From NCBI GenBank assembly GCA_963592185.1, contig CAVAVT010000004.1, positions 15 to 64,014 on the forward strand: DNA of 64,000 bases, in the 5' to 3' direction. Made by a program: the position numbers and the translations under genes. A model generated the notes under the pieces. The model was not told the DNA's origin. It ran no database searches and was given only the letters and a program-made list of their open reading frames with translations. This DNA is from a bacterium. GTDB taxonomy: Bacteria > Bacillota > Negativicutes > Selenomonadales > Selenomonadaceae. The stretch's first letter is position 1. Each line of letters starts with the position of its first letter. Below are positions 30,758 to 39,371 of this stretch, piece by piece.

Positions 30758-32164
30758 ATGGAAATCTCATTCGCACAAATGGTCATAATGGCTGTTACTA
30801 TTTCAATTGTTATAGGCGGCGGAATATATGCAGCTCGTTCAGTAAAATCCGCTGTTGGATATAGCCTTGGAGGCAGGGCTGCCGGAGTTCCCCTGGTAGC
30901 TGGAACCATTGCCGGTACCTGTGTAGGCGGCGGTGCAACAGTAGGTACAGCACAGCTTGCTTCCACTGTAGGTCTTTCCGCCTGGTGGTTCACCATTGGT
31001 ACTGGATTCAGCTTGGTTCTCATGGGTCTTTTTTACGCCAGACCTCTTCGCAGATCCTCCCTTGAAACAGTTTCCCAGTATCTGGTAGCTAATTATGGTA
31101 AGAAAGCTGGCATTTTCACCAGTGTTGTATCCTCTGCAGGAATCCTGTTCAGTGCTGTTGCCAGTGCTCTTCCAGGAATCGCCATCATAGCTGCTCTGCT
31201 TCACATGGATTACTGGGTCGGCGCTGTTATCCTTCTTCTCCTTGTTGCAAGCTACAGCTTCTTTGGTGGAATGAAAAGTGCCGGTGTTGGCGGCATCCTC
31301 AAGATGATTGTTGTATGGACCAGCCTTATAATAGCCGGCGGTTCAGCAATTTATTCCATATATACCCAGCCTGAAATATCCGCATCTCTTCCTTCCTATC
31401 CTTGGTTCAGCCTCTTTGGAAACGGTGTGGAAAGTGCTCTTGTAAACCTTTTCTCCGTAATCGTTGGAATGCTTTGTACCCAAAGCTATATTCAGGCAAT
31501 CTTCTCTGCCTCCAATCCTAGAACTGCATCCATTGGTGCTTTTACAGCAGCATTGATTACTATCCCTGTTGGTCTGCCCTGCGCTATGATCGGCATGTAC
31601 ATGCACGCAGCTCATCCTGAGGTTGCTCCTATGCTGGTGCTTCCTACATATCTTCTTGAATACCAGCCTACTCTTATAGGAAGCATCGCCATGGGCGGTA
31701 TCATCCTTTCCCTTATCAGCTCCATTGCTGGTCTTTCCCTCGGTATCGGCACAATGCTTTCAAGAGATATTTTCTCCAAGATTTTCAAGGTTGAAAGCAA
31801 TGCAGGACAGCTGAGGCTCACTCGCATGTCTGTACTTCTGGTTATCTGCGTTGCATCACTCATCGCTATTTTAAATGAAGGCAGCCAGGTTCTTTTCTGG
31901 AATTACTTGTCCATGGCCCTCAGAGGCGGCGGTATTTTCTTCCCACTTACAATAGCTGTATTTAAGCCCCATGCCATTGACAGCAGATGGGCTGTGGCTT
32001 CTATGATAATTTCCACCGGTACGGCGCTTGCTGCTGCGGCTGTAGGCACTCCGATAAGCCCTCTCTTCATCGGACTTATTGTAAGTGTTCTCCTCATCAT
32101 TCCGGGATATATCATAAAAAACCACGAGGAAGAATCTGAAACCAGTGAGTCACTGGCGCACTAA
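30758..32164 (+). CDS. Sodium:solute symporter (SSS) family transporter
   Basis: 468 aa, about 12-13 TM, SSS-like N-terminus 'YSLGGRAAGVPLVAGTIAGTCVGGGATVG'. GGGGG RBS. Confidence 0.85.
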   Translation: MEISFAQMVIMAVTISIVIGGGIYAARSVKSAVGYSLGGRAAGVPLVAGTIAGTCVGGGATVGTAQLASTVGLSAWWFTIGTGFSLVLMGLFYARPLRRSSLETVSQYLVANYGKKAGIFTSVVSSAGILFSAVASALPGIAIIAALLHMDYWVGAVILLLLVASYSFFGGMKSAGVGGILKMIVVWTSLIIAGGSAIYSIYTQPEISASLPSYPWFSLFGNGVESALVNLFSVIVGMLCTQSYIQAIFSASNPRTASIGAFTAALITIPVGLPCAMIGMYMHAAHPEVAPMLVLPTYLLEYQPTLIGSIAMGGIILSLISSIAGLSLGIGTMLSRDIFSKIFKVESNAGQLRLTRMSVLLVICVASLIAILNEGSQVLFWNYLSMALRGGGIFFPLTIAVFKPHAIDSRWAVASMIISTGTALAAAAVGTPISPLFIGLIVSVLLIIPGYIIKNHEEESETSESLAH

Positions 32165-32173
32165 GGAACAATT

Positions 32174-32758
32174 ATGATACGTATTGCTACAACAGAAGAC
32201 GCAAAGAATCTGCTTGCTATCTATGAACCTTACGTAAGGAATACAGCAATTACATTTGAATATGATGTTCCATCCATTACTGAATTCACAGACAGAATTC
32301 TTCGTACTCTAAAAAAATATCCTTACATTCTGCTTGAAGAAAATGGTCAGATATTAGGCTATGCCTACGCAAGTCCTTTTAAGGAGCGCAGTGCATACAA
32401 CTGGTCCGTGGAAACTTCCATTTATTTGAATAAAGATGCCCGGGGTAAAGGGTATGGACGTCAACTTCATGATGCCTTGGAGAAACTGTTGAAGTCTATG
32501 GGTATAATCAGTATGTGTGCATGTATCGGAGTCCCACGTGGCGAAGATCCATACCTTGACAACAATAGTGTGGATTTCCATAGCCATATGGGCTATCGTA
32601 TGGTAGGAACCTTTTCCCATAGCGGATATAAATTCGGTCGATGGTATGATATGTCATGGATGGAAAAACATATCACCCCTCCTCCAGCACACCCCCAGCC
32701 TATCAAAACATTCCCAGACATAATGGATAGATTTGATGAAATCATAAAAACTGAATAA
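32174..32758 (+). CDS. GNAT family N-acetyltransferase, phosphinothricin/methionine-sulfoximine acetyltransferase (PAT)-like
   Basis: 'IRIATTEDAKNLLAIYEPYVRNTAITFE...' and 'RGKGYGRQL' acetyl-CoA motif, typical of the PAT subfamily. Confidence 0.85.
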   Translation: MIRIATTEDAKNLLAIYEPYVRNTAITFEYDVPSITEFTDRILRTLKKYPYILLEENGQILGYAYASPFKERSAYNWSVETSIYLNKDARGKGYGRQLHDALEKLLKSMGIISMCACIGVPRGEDPYLDNNSVDFHSHMGYRMVGTFSHSGYKFGRWYDMSWMEKHITPPPAHPQPIKTFPDIMDRFDEIIKTE

Positions 32759-32761
32759 ACA

Positions 32762-32812
32762 TAAAAACGGGCTGAGACAAAATGTAAAATCATTTTGTCT
32801 CAGCCCGTTTTA
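32762..32812. terminator. Bidirectional terminator (18-bp perfect stem)
   Basis: ACGGGCTGAGACAAAATG / CATTTTGTCTCAGCCCGT, flanked by an A-run and a T-run, between convergent genes. Confidence 0.85.
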
Positions 32813-32817
32813 CATTT

Positions 32818-33240
32818 TTAGAACTTCCAAATATTCAGCCCAGTAACCTCACTTTTAACACGGTCGATTTTCCCCGGCAGCTTTGTAACAATGATTTCTC
32901 CAGTGGCGCTGATGACAGCCTCCTTTAAATGACCGCCATAGGCCCTGCCATTTTCATCCCCAACAGAAATATGGAAATGGCTGTAGTGCTCAGCTCCCAT
33001 GGTATCAAGGGTTCCTGTCACAGAAATCATTTCTAAGGCACCCTCAAGAGTTGTCGCCTTAAATTCCTGTGCTGCAATATCATATACCCCCATGACAACA
33101 CGGTTAAGCGCTCCCAGCCCCTGCACCATTGCAAGCTCGATATTTTCCTTCTGAGCCACAGCCTCCAGAGATGCCACAACTTCATCGCCGGGATCCAGAC
33201 GGACTAAAATACGTGTATCGTCAATATTCTTATACTCCAT
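32818..33240 (-). CDS. PPC (DUF296) domain-containing DNA-binding protein
   Basis: 140 aa. 'LVRLDPGDEVVASLEAVAQKENI...' and 'HFHISVGD..G.AYGGHL' are typical of the PCC/DUF296 fold. Confidence 0.75.
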   Translation of the reverse strand: MEYKNIDDTRILVRLDPGDEVVASLEAVAQKENIELAMVQGLGALNRVVMGVYDIAAQEFKATTLEGALEMISVTGTLDTMGAEHYSHFHISVGDENGRAYGGHLKEAVISATGEIIVTKLPGKIDRVKSEVTGLNIWKF

Positions 33241-33364
33241 AAAACTCTCCTCCTGTTATTCGCTTTTCATCCCCCACCTTTAGAGGATGGGGTACATCTC
33301 TTTCCTCGTTATACTTATTTTATATCACGATTAAACTTAAAAAACCAGTGCGGAGAAAATTTTC

Positions 33365-33399
33365 AAAAAAAAGAATGCTTCCCGTATTGAGAAGCATCC
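33365..33399 (-). terminator. Rho-independent terminator of pnp
   Basis: GGATGCTTC/GAAGCATTC stem followed by U8 on the minus strand. Confidence 0.75.
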
Positions 33400-33416
33400 T
33401 TAAAATTATTTTTTAA

Positions 33417-35495
33417 TTAAAGAAGAACCTTGTGGGAAAGGTTTACTCTGCCCTGCTTGTCGATTTCAACAACCTTAACCTGAAGCTGGTCGCCTACATT
33501 TACTACATCCTCTACCTTTTCCACACGCTGCTTAGCAAGCTGGGAAATATGGCAAAGACCTTCCTTGCCAGGAAGAAGCTCTACGAAGGCACCAAAGTTC
33601 ATGATACGGGTAACCTTGCCGGTATATACCTCGCCAACCTCAACCTCACGAACGAGATCAAGAATAATCTTCTCAGCCTTTGCGGAGCTTTCCATATCCG
33701 GAGATACAATGAATACAGTGCCGTCATCCTGAATATCAATCTGTACGCCAGTATCCTCAATAATCTTCTTGATAGTCTTTCCGCCTGGTCCAATGACATC
33801 ACGAATCTTATCAACCTTGATATGGAGAGTCTTAACACGAGGTGCATAAGGAGAAAGATCCTCTGCTGGCTTATCGATAACCTCAAGCATCTTGCCGAGG
33901 ATGAAGGAACGTCCACGATTTGCCTGCTCCAAAGCAGCCTGAAGAATCTCTCTGGTGATGCCGGCAATCTTGATATCCATCTGAATTGCGGTAACACCCT
34001 CAGTAGTTCCTGCAACCTTGAAGTCCATATCGCCAAGTGCATCTTCCATGCCCTGGATATCAGTAAGGATTGTGTAATGGTCTCCATCCTTTACCAGACC
34101 CATTGCTACGCCAGATACAGGGCGCTTAATAGGAACGCCGGCATTCATAAGGGAAATAGTGCTGCCGCATACGGAACCCATGGAGCTGGAGCCGTTAGAC
34201 TCAAGAACCTCGGAAACCATGCGGATGGTGTACGGGAATTCCTCAATAGAAGGAATAACCGGTACAAGCGCACGCTCAGCCAATGCACCATGACCAATTT
34301 CACGGCGTCCAGGACCACGTACAGGACGAGCCTCGCCTACGCTGTAGCCAGGGAAGTTGTACTGGTGAATATAGTACTTAGCCTGCTCTGTGCCAAGATT
34401 GTCGATGAGCTGGTTCTCGCTAAGAGGTCCAAGGGTAGTGATAGTAAGAATCTGAGTCTGTCCACGGGTGAAAAGACCAGAACCATGAGTACGGGGAAGA
34501 AGACCTACCTCACAGCTTACAGGACGGACTTCCTCAAGAGCACGTCCGTCTGGACGAATCTTCTCATGAGTAATCATATGGCGGACAATGTCCTTTTCAA
34601 CCTTATGGAGAACGTAAGGAACCTGCTTAACAAGGTCAACATTCTCAGGATCGGCCTCAAGGAAGTGCTCAAGGGTCTCAGCCTTGATAGCTGAAATATT
34701 TTCATCACGCTGAAGCTTGTCTGGGTTGCGAGTTGCAGCATCCAGCTTTGCTTCTGCATATTCACGGATAGCATTTGTAAGCTCTTCTGGAACCTGGAAA
34801 AGCTTAACTTCCTTCTTTTCCTTGCCGCATGCGCTTACAATCTGCTTCTGGAACTCTACAATCTTCTTGATTTCCTCATGACCAAAGAGAATGGACTCAA
34901 GGATAACTTCCTCAGGAAGCTCATTTGCGCCAGCCTCAACCATCATTACAGCATCCTGGGATCCAGCAATTGTAAGGTTCAGGTCAGATTTTTCTCTCTG
35001 TTCAATGGTAGGATTGATAACGAACTCGCCATCAACACGGCCAACACGTACTGCTGCAACTGGACCATTGAAAGGAATATCGGATACACAAAGAGCGCAG
35101 GATGCACCAATCATACCAGCGATTTCAGGCGCATTGTCCTGCTCTACTGAAAGTACAGTCGCAACAATCTGTACATCATTGCGGAAACCCTCTGGGAACA
35201 ACGGGCGGATAGGACGGTCAATAAGACGGCTGCAGAGTATTGCAGATTCACCTGGACGGCCCTCACGCTTTATAAATCCCCCAGGAATCTTTCCTACGGA
35301 GTACATTTTCTCTTCATAATCAACTGTCAGAGGGAAGAAATCTACACCCTCTCTAGGCTCATCGGAAGCAGTTGCTGTTACCAGCACCACAGTATCGCCG
35401 TAGCGTACCAGGACTGCACCGTTTGCCTGCTTTGCCATTTTACCGTTCTCGATGACCAGTTTGCGGCCGCCAAGTTCCATTTCAAAACTCTGCAT
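33417..35495 (-). CDS. pnp: Polyribonucleotide nucleotidyltransferase (PNPase)
   Basis: Two RNase PH domains plus KH plus S1 ('[28 protein letters not shown]'). 692 aa. Confidence 0.95.
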   Translation of the reverse strand: MQSFEMELGGRKLVIENGKMAKQANGAVLVRYGDTVVLVTATASDEPREGVDFFPLTVDYEEKMYSVGKIPGGFIKREGRPGESAILCSRLIDRPIRPLFPEGFRNDVQIVATVLSVEQDNAPEIAGMIGASCALCVSDIPFNGPVAAVRVGRVDGEFVINPTIEQREKSDLNLTIAGSQDAVMMVEAGANELPEEVILESILFGHEEIKKIVEFQKQIVSACGKEKKEVKLFQVPEELTNAIREYAEAKLDAATRNPDKLQRDENISAIKAETLEHFLEADPENVDLVKQVPYVLHKVEKDIVRHMITHEKIRPDGRALEEVRPVSCEVGLLPRTHGSGLFTRGQTQILTITTLGPLSENQLIDNLGTEQAKYYIHQYNFPGYSVGEARPVRGPGRREIGHGALAERALVPVIPSIEEFPYTIRMVSEVLESNGSSSMGSVCGSTISLMNAGVPIKRPVSGVAMGLVKDGDHYTILTDIQGMEDALGDMDFKVAGTTEGVTAIQMDIKIAGITREILQAALEQANRGRSFILGKMLEVIDKPAEDLSPYAPRVKTLHIKVDKIRDVIGPGGKTIKKIIEDTGVQIDIQDDGTVFIVSPDMESSAKAEKIILDLVREVEVGEVYTGKVTRIMNFGAFVELLPGKEGLCHISQLAKQRVEKVEDVVNVGDQLQVKVVEIDKQGRVNLSHKVLL

Positions 35496-35600
35496 TCGGT
35501 TTTTCCTCCTAATAAAACTCTTTCATTCTTAACCTATGTATATTTCGACGTTAAAAGGATTATTCCTTTTCGTTTTAAGCTATTTCGATAAAATATTCAT

Positions 35601-35627
35601 GAAAAAAGCGGGGATAGCTCCCCGCTT
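35601..35627 (-). terminator. rpsO terminator/attenuator hairpin ahead of pnp
   Basis: AGCGGGG/CCCCGCT stem followed by a U-run on the minus strand. Confidence 0.8.
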
Positions 35628-35640
35628 TATCATTTTAGAA

Positions 35641-35907
35641 TTACTTACGCAGATTCAGTTTTGCGATAAGAGCACGATAACGCTCAATATCAGTCTTGTA
35701 GAGATAGCTGAGCAGTCTGCGGCGATGACCAACCATCTTCAAAAGACCGCGACGGGAATGATGATCCTTCTTGTGCTCCTTAAGGTGCTCAGTGAGGTAG
35801 GAAATACGTGCGGTAAGCAGTGCTACCTGTACCTCTGGGGATCCAGTGTCTCCCTCATGAACTGCATTGTCAGCAATAATCTGGTTCTTCTGTTCCTGTG
35901 TCAACAT
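35641..35907 (-). CDS. rpsO: 30S ribosomal protein S15
   Basis: '[38 protein letters not shown]'. Confidence 0.95.
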   Translation of the reverse strand: MLTQEQKNQIIADNAVHEGDTGSPEVQVALLTARISYLTEHLKEHKKDHHSRRGLLKMVGHRRRLLSYLYKTDIERYRALIAKLNLRK

Positions 35908-35934
35908 TTATGTGTTCCTCCTAAATAATTATTT

Positions 35935-36010
35935 TCTCCATTGACCAGGGCAACGTCGGAGTACCTCGATGTCCGGGTCACGGAATATAGAGCCTCGCAC
36001 ACGCAAGACC
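35935..36010 (-). promoter_or_regulatory. Structured GC-rich 5' leader of rpsO (candidate S15 autoregulatory element)
   Basis: On the minus strand, TGACC...GGTCA encloses CGGA...TCCG, directly upstream of the GGAGG RBS, in an otherwise AT-rich spacer. Confidence 0.3.
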
Positions 36011-36059
36011 TTGATTAGTATATCATAGTTGCCATTTAAAGTAAATGGCGATTTTGAAA

Positions 36060-36983
36060 TCAGTTTCTCAAATATTTTTCAGCGTATGCTTTGTCTCTAT
36101 TCAGCTGTTTTACCAGCTCCTCCACTGAGGAAAATTTTTGTTCGTCCCGGATTTTATCAAGGAATTCTACCCTGATGTATTTGGAATATATATCTCCGGA
36201 AAAATTCAGGATGTGAATTTCAAGACGGCTGCTGCAGCCCTCAAATGTAGGATTATTCCCGACATTGGCTATGCCGCCGTAAATCTTCCCTTCAACAAAT
36301 ACCCTTACCACATATGCACCATAGGGCAGCATTACCCTTGTGTCATCTATGTCCAAATTAGCTGTAGGGAAGCCTAACAGTCTGCCTCTCTCATCACCAT
36401 GCATTACGCATCCACCATAGGAAAAGGACCGTCCCAAAAACTTATTTGCCTCGGACAAATCCCCATCGGCTATAAACTTACGGATACTGGTACTGCTCAC
36501 TACTTCATCATCAATAGTAACAATTGGTGAAATTTCAGTAACAAAACCAAATTTTTCACTGTTATCCATCAAATATTTAGGGGTTCCCTCCCCTTTGTAG
36601 CCAAAACTGAAATTTGGTCCTACAACAACATATTTAGGAGCAATTTTATCCTTCAAAAACTCCAGGAAAATCTCCGGTGTTTCCTTAGCCATCTCCGAAG
36701 TAAAGGGCAGCTCCAGCAGCACATCCACTCCCATTTTCTCAAGGACAGCTATTCTTGATGCTGAATCCTCAATCTGCGGTGGAACCTTATCCGGAGCCAG
36801 TACAGTCAGGGGATGATTTCCGAAAGTGAAAACCACACTTGTGCCGTTATGGTCCTTCGCCAGCTGGATTACTCTTTTTATAAGACTCTGATGGCCTACA
36901 TGTATGCCGTCAAAACTTCCAAGAGCCATTGCTATATTGGAATATTCGGTTTTTAAATTATCAATATCCGAAAAAACCTTCAT
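36060..36983 (-). CDS. ribF: Bifunctional riboflavin kinase / FAD synthetase
   Basis: 'ALGSFDGIHVGHQ' nucleotidyltransferase motif. C-terminal kinase 'GFPTANL' and 'LEIHILNF'. Confidence 0.9.
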   Translation of the reverse strand: MKVFSDIDNLKTEYSNIAMALGSFDGIHVGHQSLIKRVIQLAKDHNGTSVVFTFGNHPLTVLAPDKVPPQIEDSASRIAVLEKMGVDVLLELPFTSEMAKETPEIFLEFLKDKIAPKYVVVGPNFSFGYKGEGTPKYLMDNSEKFGFVTEISPIVTIDDEVVSSTSIRKFIADGDLSEANKFLGRSFSYGGCVMHGDERGRLLGFPTANLDIDDTRVMLPYGAYVVRVFVEGKIYGGIANVGNNPTFEGCSSRLEIHILNFSGDIYSKYIRVEFLDKIRDEQKFSSVEELVKQLNRDKAYAEKYLRN

Positions 36984-37013
36984 CAGTTAAATTACCTCAA
37001 ATTCTTAATGGAA

Positions 37014-37949
37014 TTACATTTGCTGTGGCGGCATTACCTTTTCCGGCAATACACTTTTGCTTTCAAAATCATAAGCACCCATTCCCAGAAATTTGCCACA
37101 GCCATAAACCCGTATAAGCGGTCTGCCTTCAGTATTCATCAATGCATCCTGTTTCGACGATTCCATGAATTTATCATATACAGAAACATCTCCGGTACTC
37201 AGTCCGTTCAAAAATGGCTTTACCCGGTCCTCCCGAAGCTCATAGGATGGAATGTGTGACAAATACTGGTCCGCCGGAAGAACAGCCTCATATTTAAGAC
37301 GATCCAGTTCCTCTAGGGTAACCGCCTCTTCTATTGGAAAATCTCCCACCCGGGTTCTCAGCAAAAATGACATCAACGATGGTATTCCAAGTGACTTCCC
37401 CATATCCTCGCAGAGGCTTCTTATATAAGTCCCTTTTGAGCAGTCCACATCCATGCGGATTTTTTTCTCCTCATGCCATACATCCAAGAGCTTTAAATCA
37501 TGTATCATGACCTTTCTCTCAGGCATATCCACATGAATGTTTTTTCTTGCTAAATCACAGGCCCTTTGTCCATTGATTTTTATAGCTGAAAAAACAGAAG
37601 GCTTTTGTGTTATTTCCCCAGTAAACTTCTGAATAACTTCTAGGATTCGCTCCTCTGACGGCATCTCAAAGGATTTCAGCTCCTCCACAATATTTCCTGT
37701 GTCATCACCGCTGTCTGTGGATTTCCCCAACAGCATTTCTACCCGATAGGATTTCCCTGCATGGGAAAGGTACTCCACAAGTCGGGCTGCCCTGCCCACA
37801 GCCAAAGGCAGAACCCCTGCCGCCGCCGGGTCAAGAGTCCCTGCATGTCCAATTTTCTTTGTGCAAAGAATCCTTCTTGCATAGGCTATAACATCAAAGG
37901 ATGACATCCCGGGGGGCTTTAAGACATTCAAAAATCCCTCAGAAAGCAT
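37014..37949 (-). CDS. truB: tRNA pseudouridine(55) synthase TruB
   Basis: 'KIGHAGTLDPAAAGVLP' catalytic Asp motif plus a PUA-like C-terminus. Confidence 0.9.
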   Translation of the reverse strand: MLSEGFLNVLKPPGMSSFDVIAYARRILCTKKIGHAGTLDPAAAGVLPLAVGRAARLVEYLSHAGKSYRVEMLLGKSTDSGDDTGNIVEELKSFEMPSEERILEVIQKFTGEITQKPSVFSAIKINGQRACDLARKNIHVDMPERKVMIHDLKLLDVWHEEKKIRMDVDCSKGTYIRSLCEDMGKSLGIPSLMSFLLRTRVGDFPIEEAVTLEELDRLKYEAVLPADQYLSHIPSYELREDRVKPFLNGLSTGDVSVYDKFMESSKQDALMNTEGRPLIRVYGCGKFLGMGAYDFESKSVLPEKVMPPQQM

Positions 37950-37950
37950 T

Positions 37951-38958
37951 TCAGTTCTCCTTTAGCTCTTCAGCCTCTATTTCCTGATAAATAGCATCCA
38001 TAACAAGTTTGGCTGTATTGATGAGTGAATCCCTGACAGTACATCCTGCCGCCTTTATATGGCCGCCCCCTCCAAGGGATGAGGCTATATTGCTTACATT
38101 GACAACCTTTGACCTCATGCTTACCTTGCATACATTTGGCTGAACCTCTCTTATGAAAAGGGCAACCATGCTCTCTGAAACCCCAGCCAGGGACTCAATA
38201 ATTCCAGTAGTGGACTCCATGCCACTCAAGCTGTCATTAGTAAGAAAGAGATAGGATATCTTATTGTCGCTGGTCAGAGACATTCCTGAAAGGGCAATGG
38301 AACGCTCCTTAATCTGATGGAATGGCTTTGAGCCAAGGGAGCTTGATACCAGCTCTGGATCCGCCCCTGCCTCCAGCAAATCCGCTGCCACACGCATTGT
38401 CTTAGGCTTGGTATTGGAATACTTAAAAAATCCACTATCCGTAGCAATACCTGTATAAAGGTTCAATGCCACTTCCTTGCTAATTGAATATCCTGTGGTC
38501 TGCCATATACGGTAAACAAGCTCCGCAGCTGCAGCAGCCTCAGCATCAAGGCAGAGCCAGTCTGCACAGCCAGGATTTGAAATGTGATGGTCGATATTTA
38601 ATATTGGAACATCCAAAAACTCCGGAACTCTTCCTGTGTTATCCAATGCTGCGTCAACAATGACAAGCATATCTGGTTTTGGACGCTCCTGAAGCTTTTC
38701 AAAGCCAATAATCTCATCTGTGCCGTACATAAATTTTGTGAAATCGCTGGGAATTTCATCGTCAATACATACCACGGCGTTTACACCCTGGGACCTAAGC
38801 AGATACATAAGTCCCAAAGTACTGCCCAATGCATCCCCGTCAGGGTTTGTATGGGCTGTAATCACTACATTTTTTACTGAAAGAAGTTTTTTTGCTGCAT
38901 CCTCTTCAGACAGAAGGACTGCCTTACCGGCAGTCCTGTCTTTATTGATACTCTCCAT
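37951..38958 (-). CDS. nrnA: DHH-family phosphoesterase, NrnA-like (oligoribonuclease / pAp phosphatase)
   Basis: DHH motifs 'HTNPDGDALGS' and 'NIDHHISN'. DHHA1 'GGGGHIKAAG'. Confidence 0.8.
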   Translation of the reverse strand: MESINKDRTAGKAVLLSEEDAAKKLLSVKNVVITAHTNPDGDALGSTLGLMYLLRSQGVNAVVCIDDEIPSDFTKFMYGTDEIIGFEKLQERPKPDMLVIVDAALDNTGRVPEFLDVPILNIDHHISNPGCADWLCLDAEAAAAAELVYRIWQTTGYSISKEVALNLYTGIATDSGFFKYSNTKPKTMRVAADLLEAGADPELVSSSLGSKPFHQIKERSIALSGMSLTSDNKISYLFLTNDSLSGMESTTGIIESLAGVSESMVALFIREVQPNVCKVSMRSKVVNVSNIASSLGGGGHIKAAGCTVRDSLINTAKLVMDAIYQEIEAEELKEN

Positions 38959-39350
38959 CAGGATTCCTCCCCGTTCTGAGAAGCCTCACCTTCGGCACTT
39001 GTCGGAGACTCCTTCTGAATCTTCAGAAGGAGCTCCTGAATATGTGCACTGTAATCCAGTGACTTATCTAATGCCAAGGTAAGCTCCGGGGTCACACGCA
39101 TACGAATCCTGTGTCCCACTTCACGGCGGATAAAGCCCATGGAGCTGTTAAGCCCCTTAAGAGTATCCTTAACCTGTTTTTCATTGCCCATGATGCTTAC
39201 ATAAATCTTTGCATTGCGCAAATCTCCAGTAAGCTCCACCTGCGTAACGGTAACAAAACCAATACGTGGGTCCTTAAGCTCACGCAGAATAATCTGGCTG
39301 ATTTCCTGTTTCATGAGCTCCTGTAATTTTTCTACACGAAGCTGACTCAT
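38958..39350 (-). CDS. rbfA: Ribosome-binding factor A
   Basis: 'RVEKLQELMKQEISQIILRELKDPRIGFVTVTQVELTGDLRNAKIYVS'. Has an acidic C-terminal tail. Confidence 0.9.
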   Translation of the reverse strand: MSQLRVEKLQELMKQEISQIILRELKDPRIGFVTVTQVELTGDLRNAKIYVSIMGNEKQVKDTLKGLNSSMGFIRREVGHRIRMRVTPELTLALDKSLDYSAHIQELLLKIQKESPTSAEGEASQNGEES

Positions 39351-39371
39351 TTCTGTCCCTCCGCCTGTATA

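Noticed and set aside
33432-34694. A 420-aa ORF antisense to pnp. Similar long antisense ORFs occur at 39906-40853 (opposite infB), 53613-54539 (opposite ppk), 24221-25114 (opposite the SNF transporter), 10898-11704 (opposite rpsA), 22238-22879 and 23164-23799 (opposite rnj), and 14141-14773 (opposite aroA).
   Set aside because: All lie fully inside strongly recognisable genes on the other strand. They have low-complexity or odd composition (Leu/Ser/Asn/Cys-rich) and no RBS. These are typical shadow ORFs produced by codon bias.
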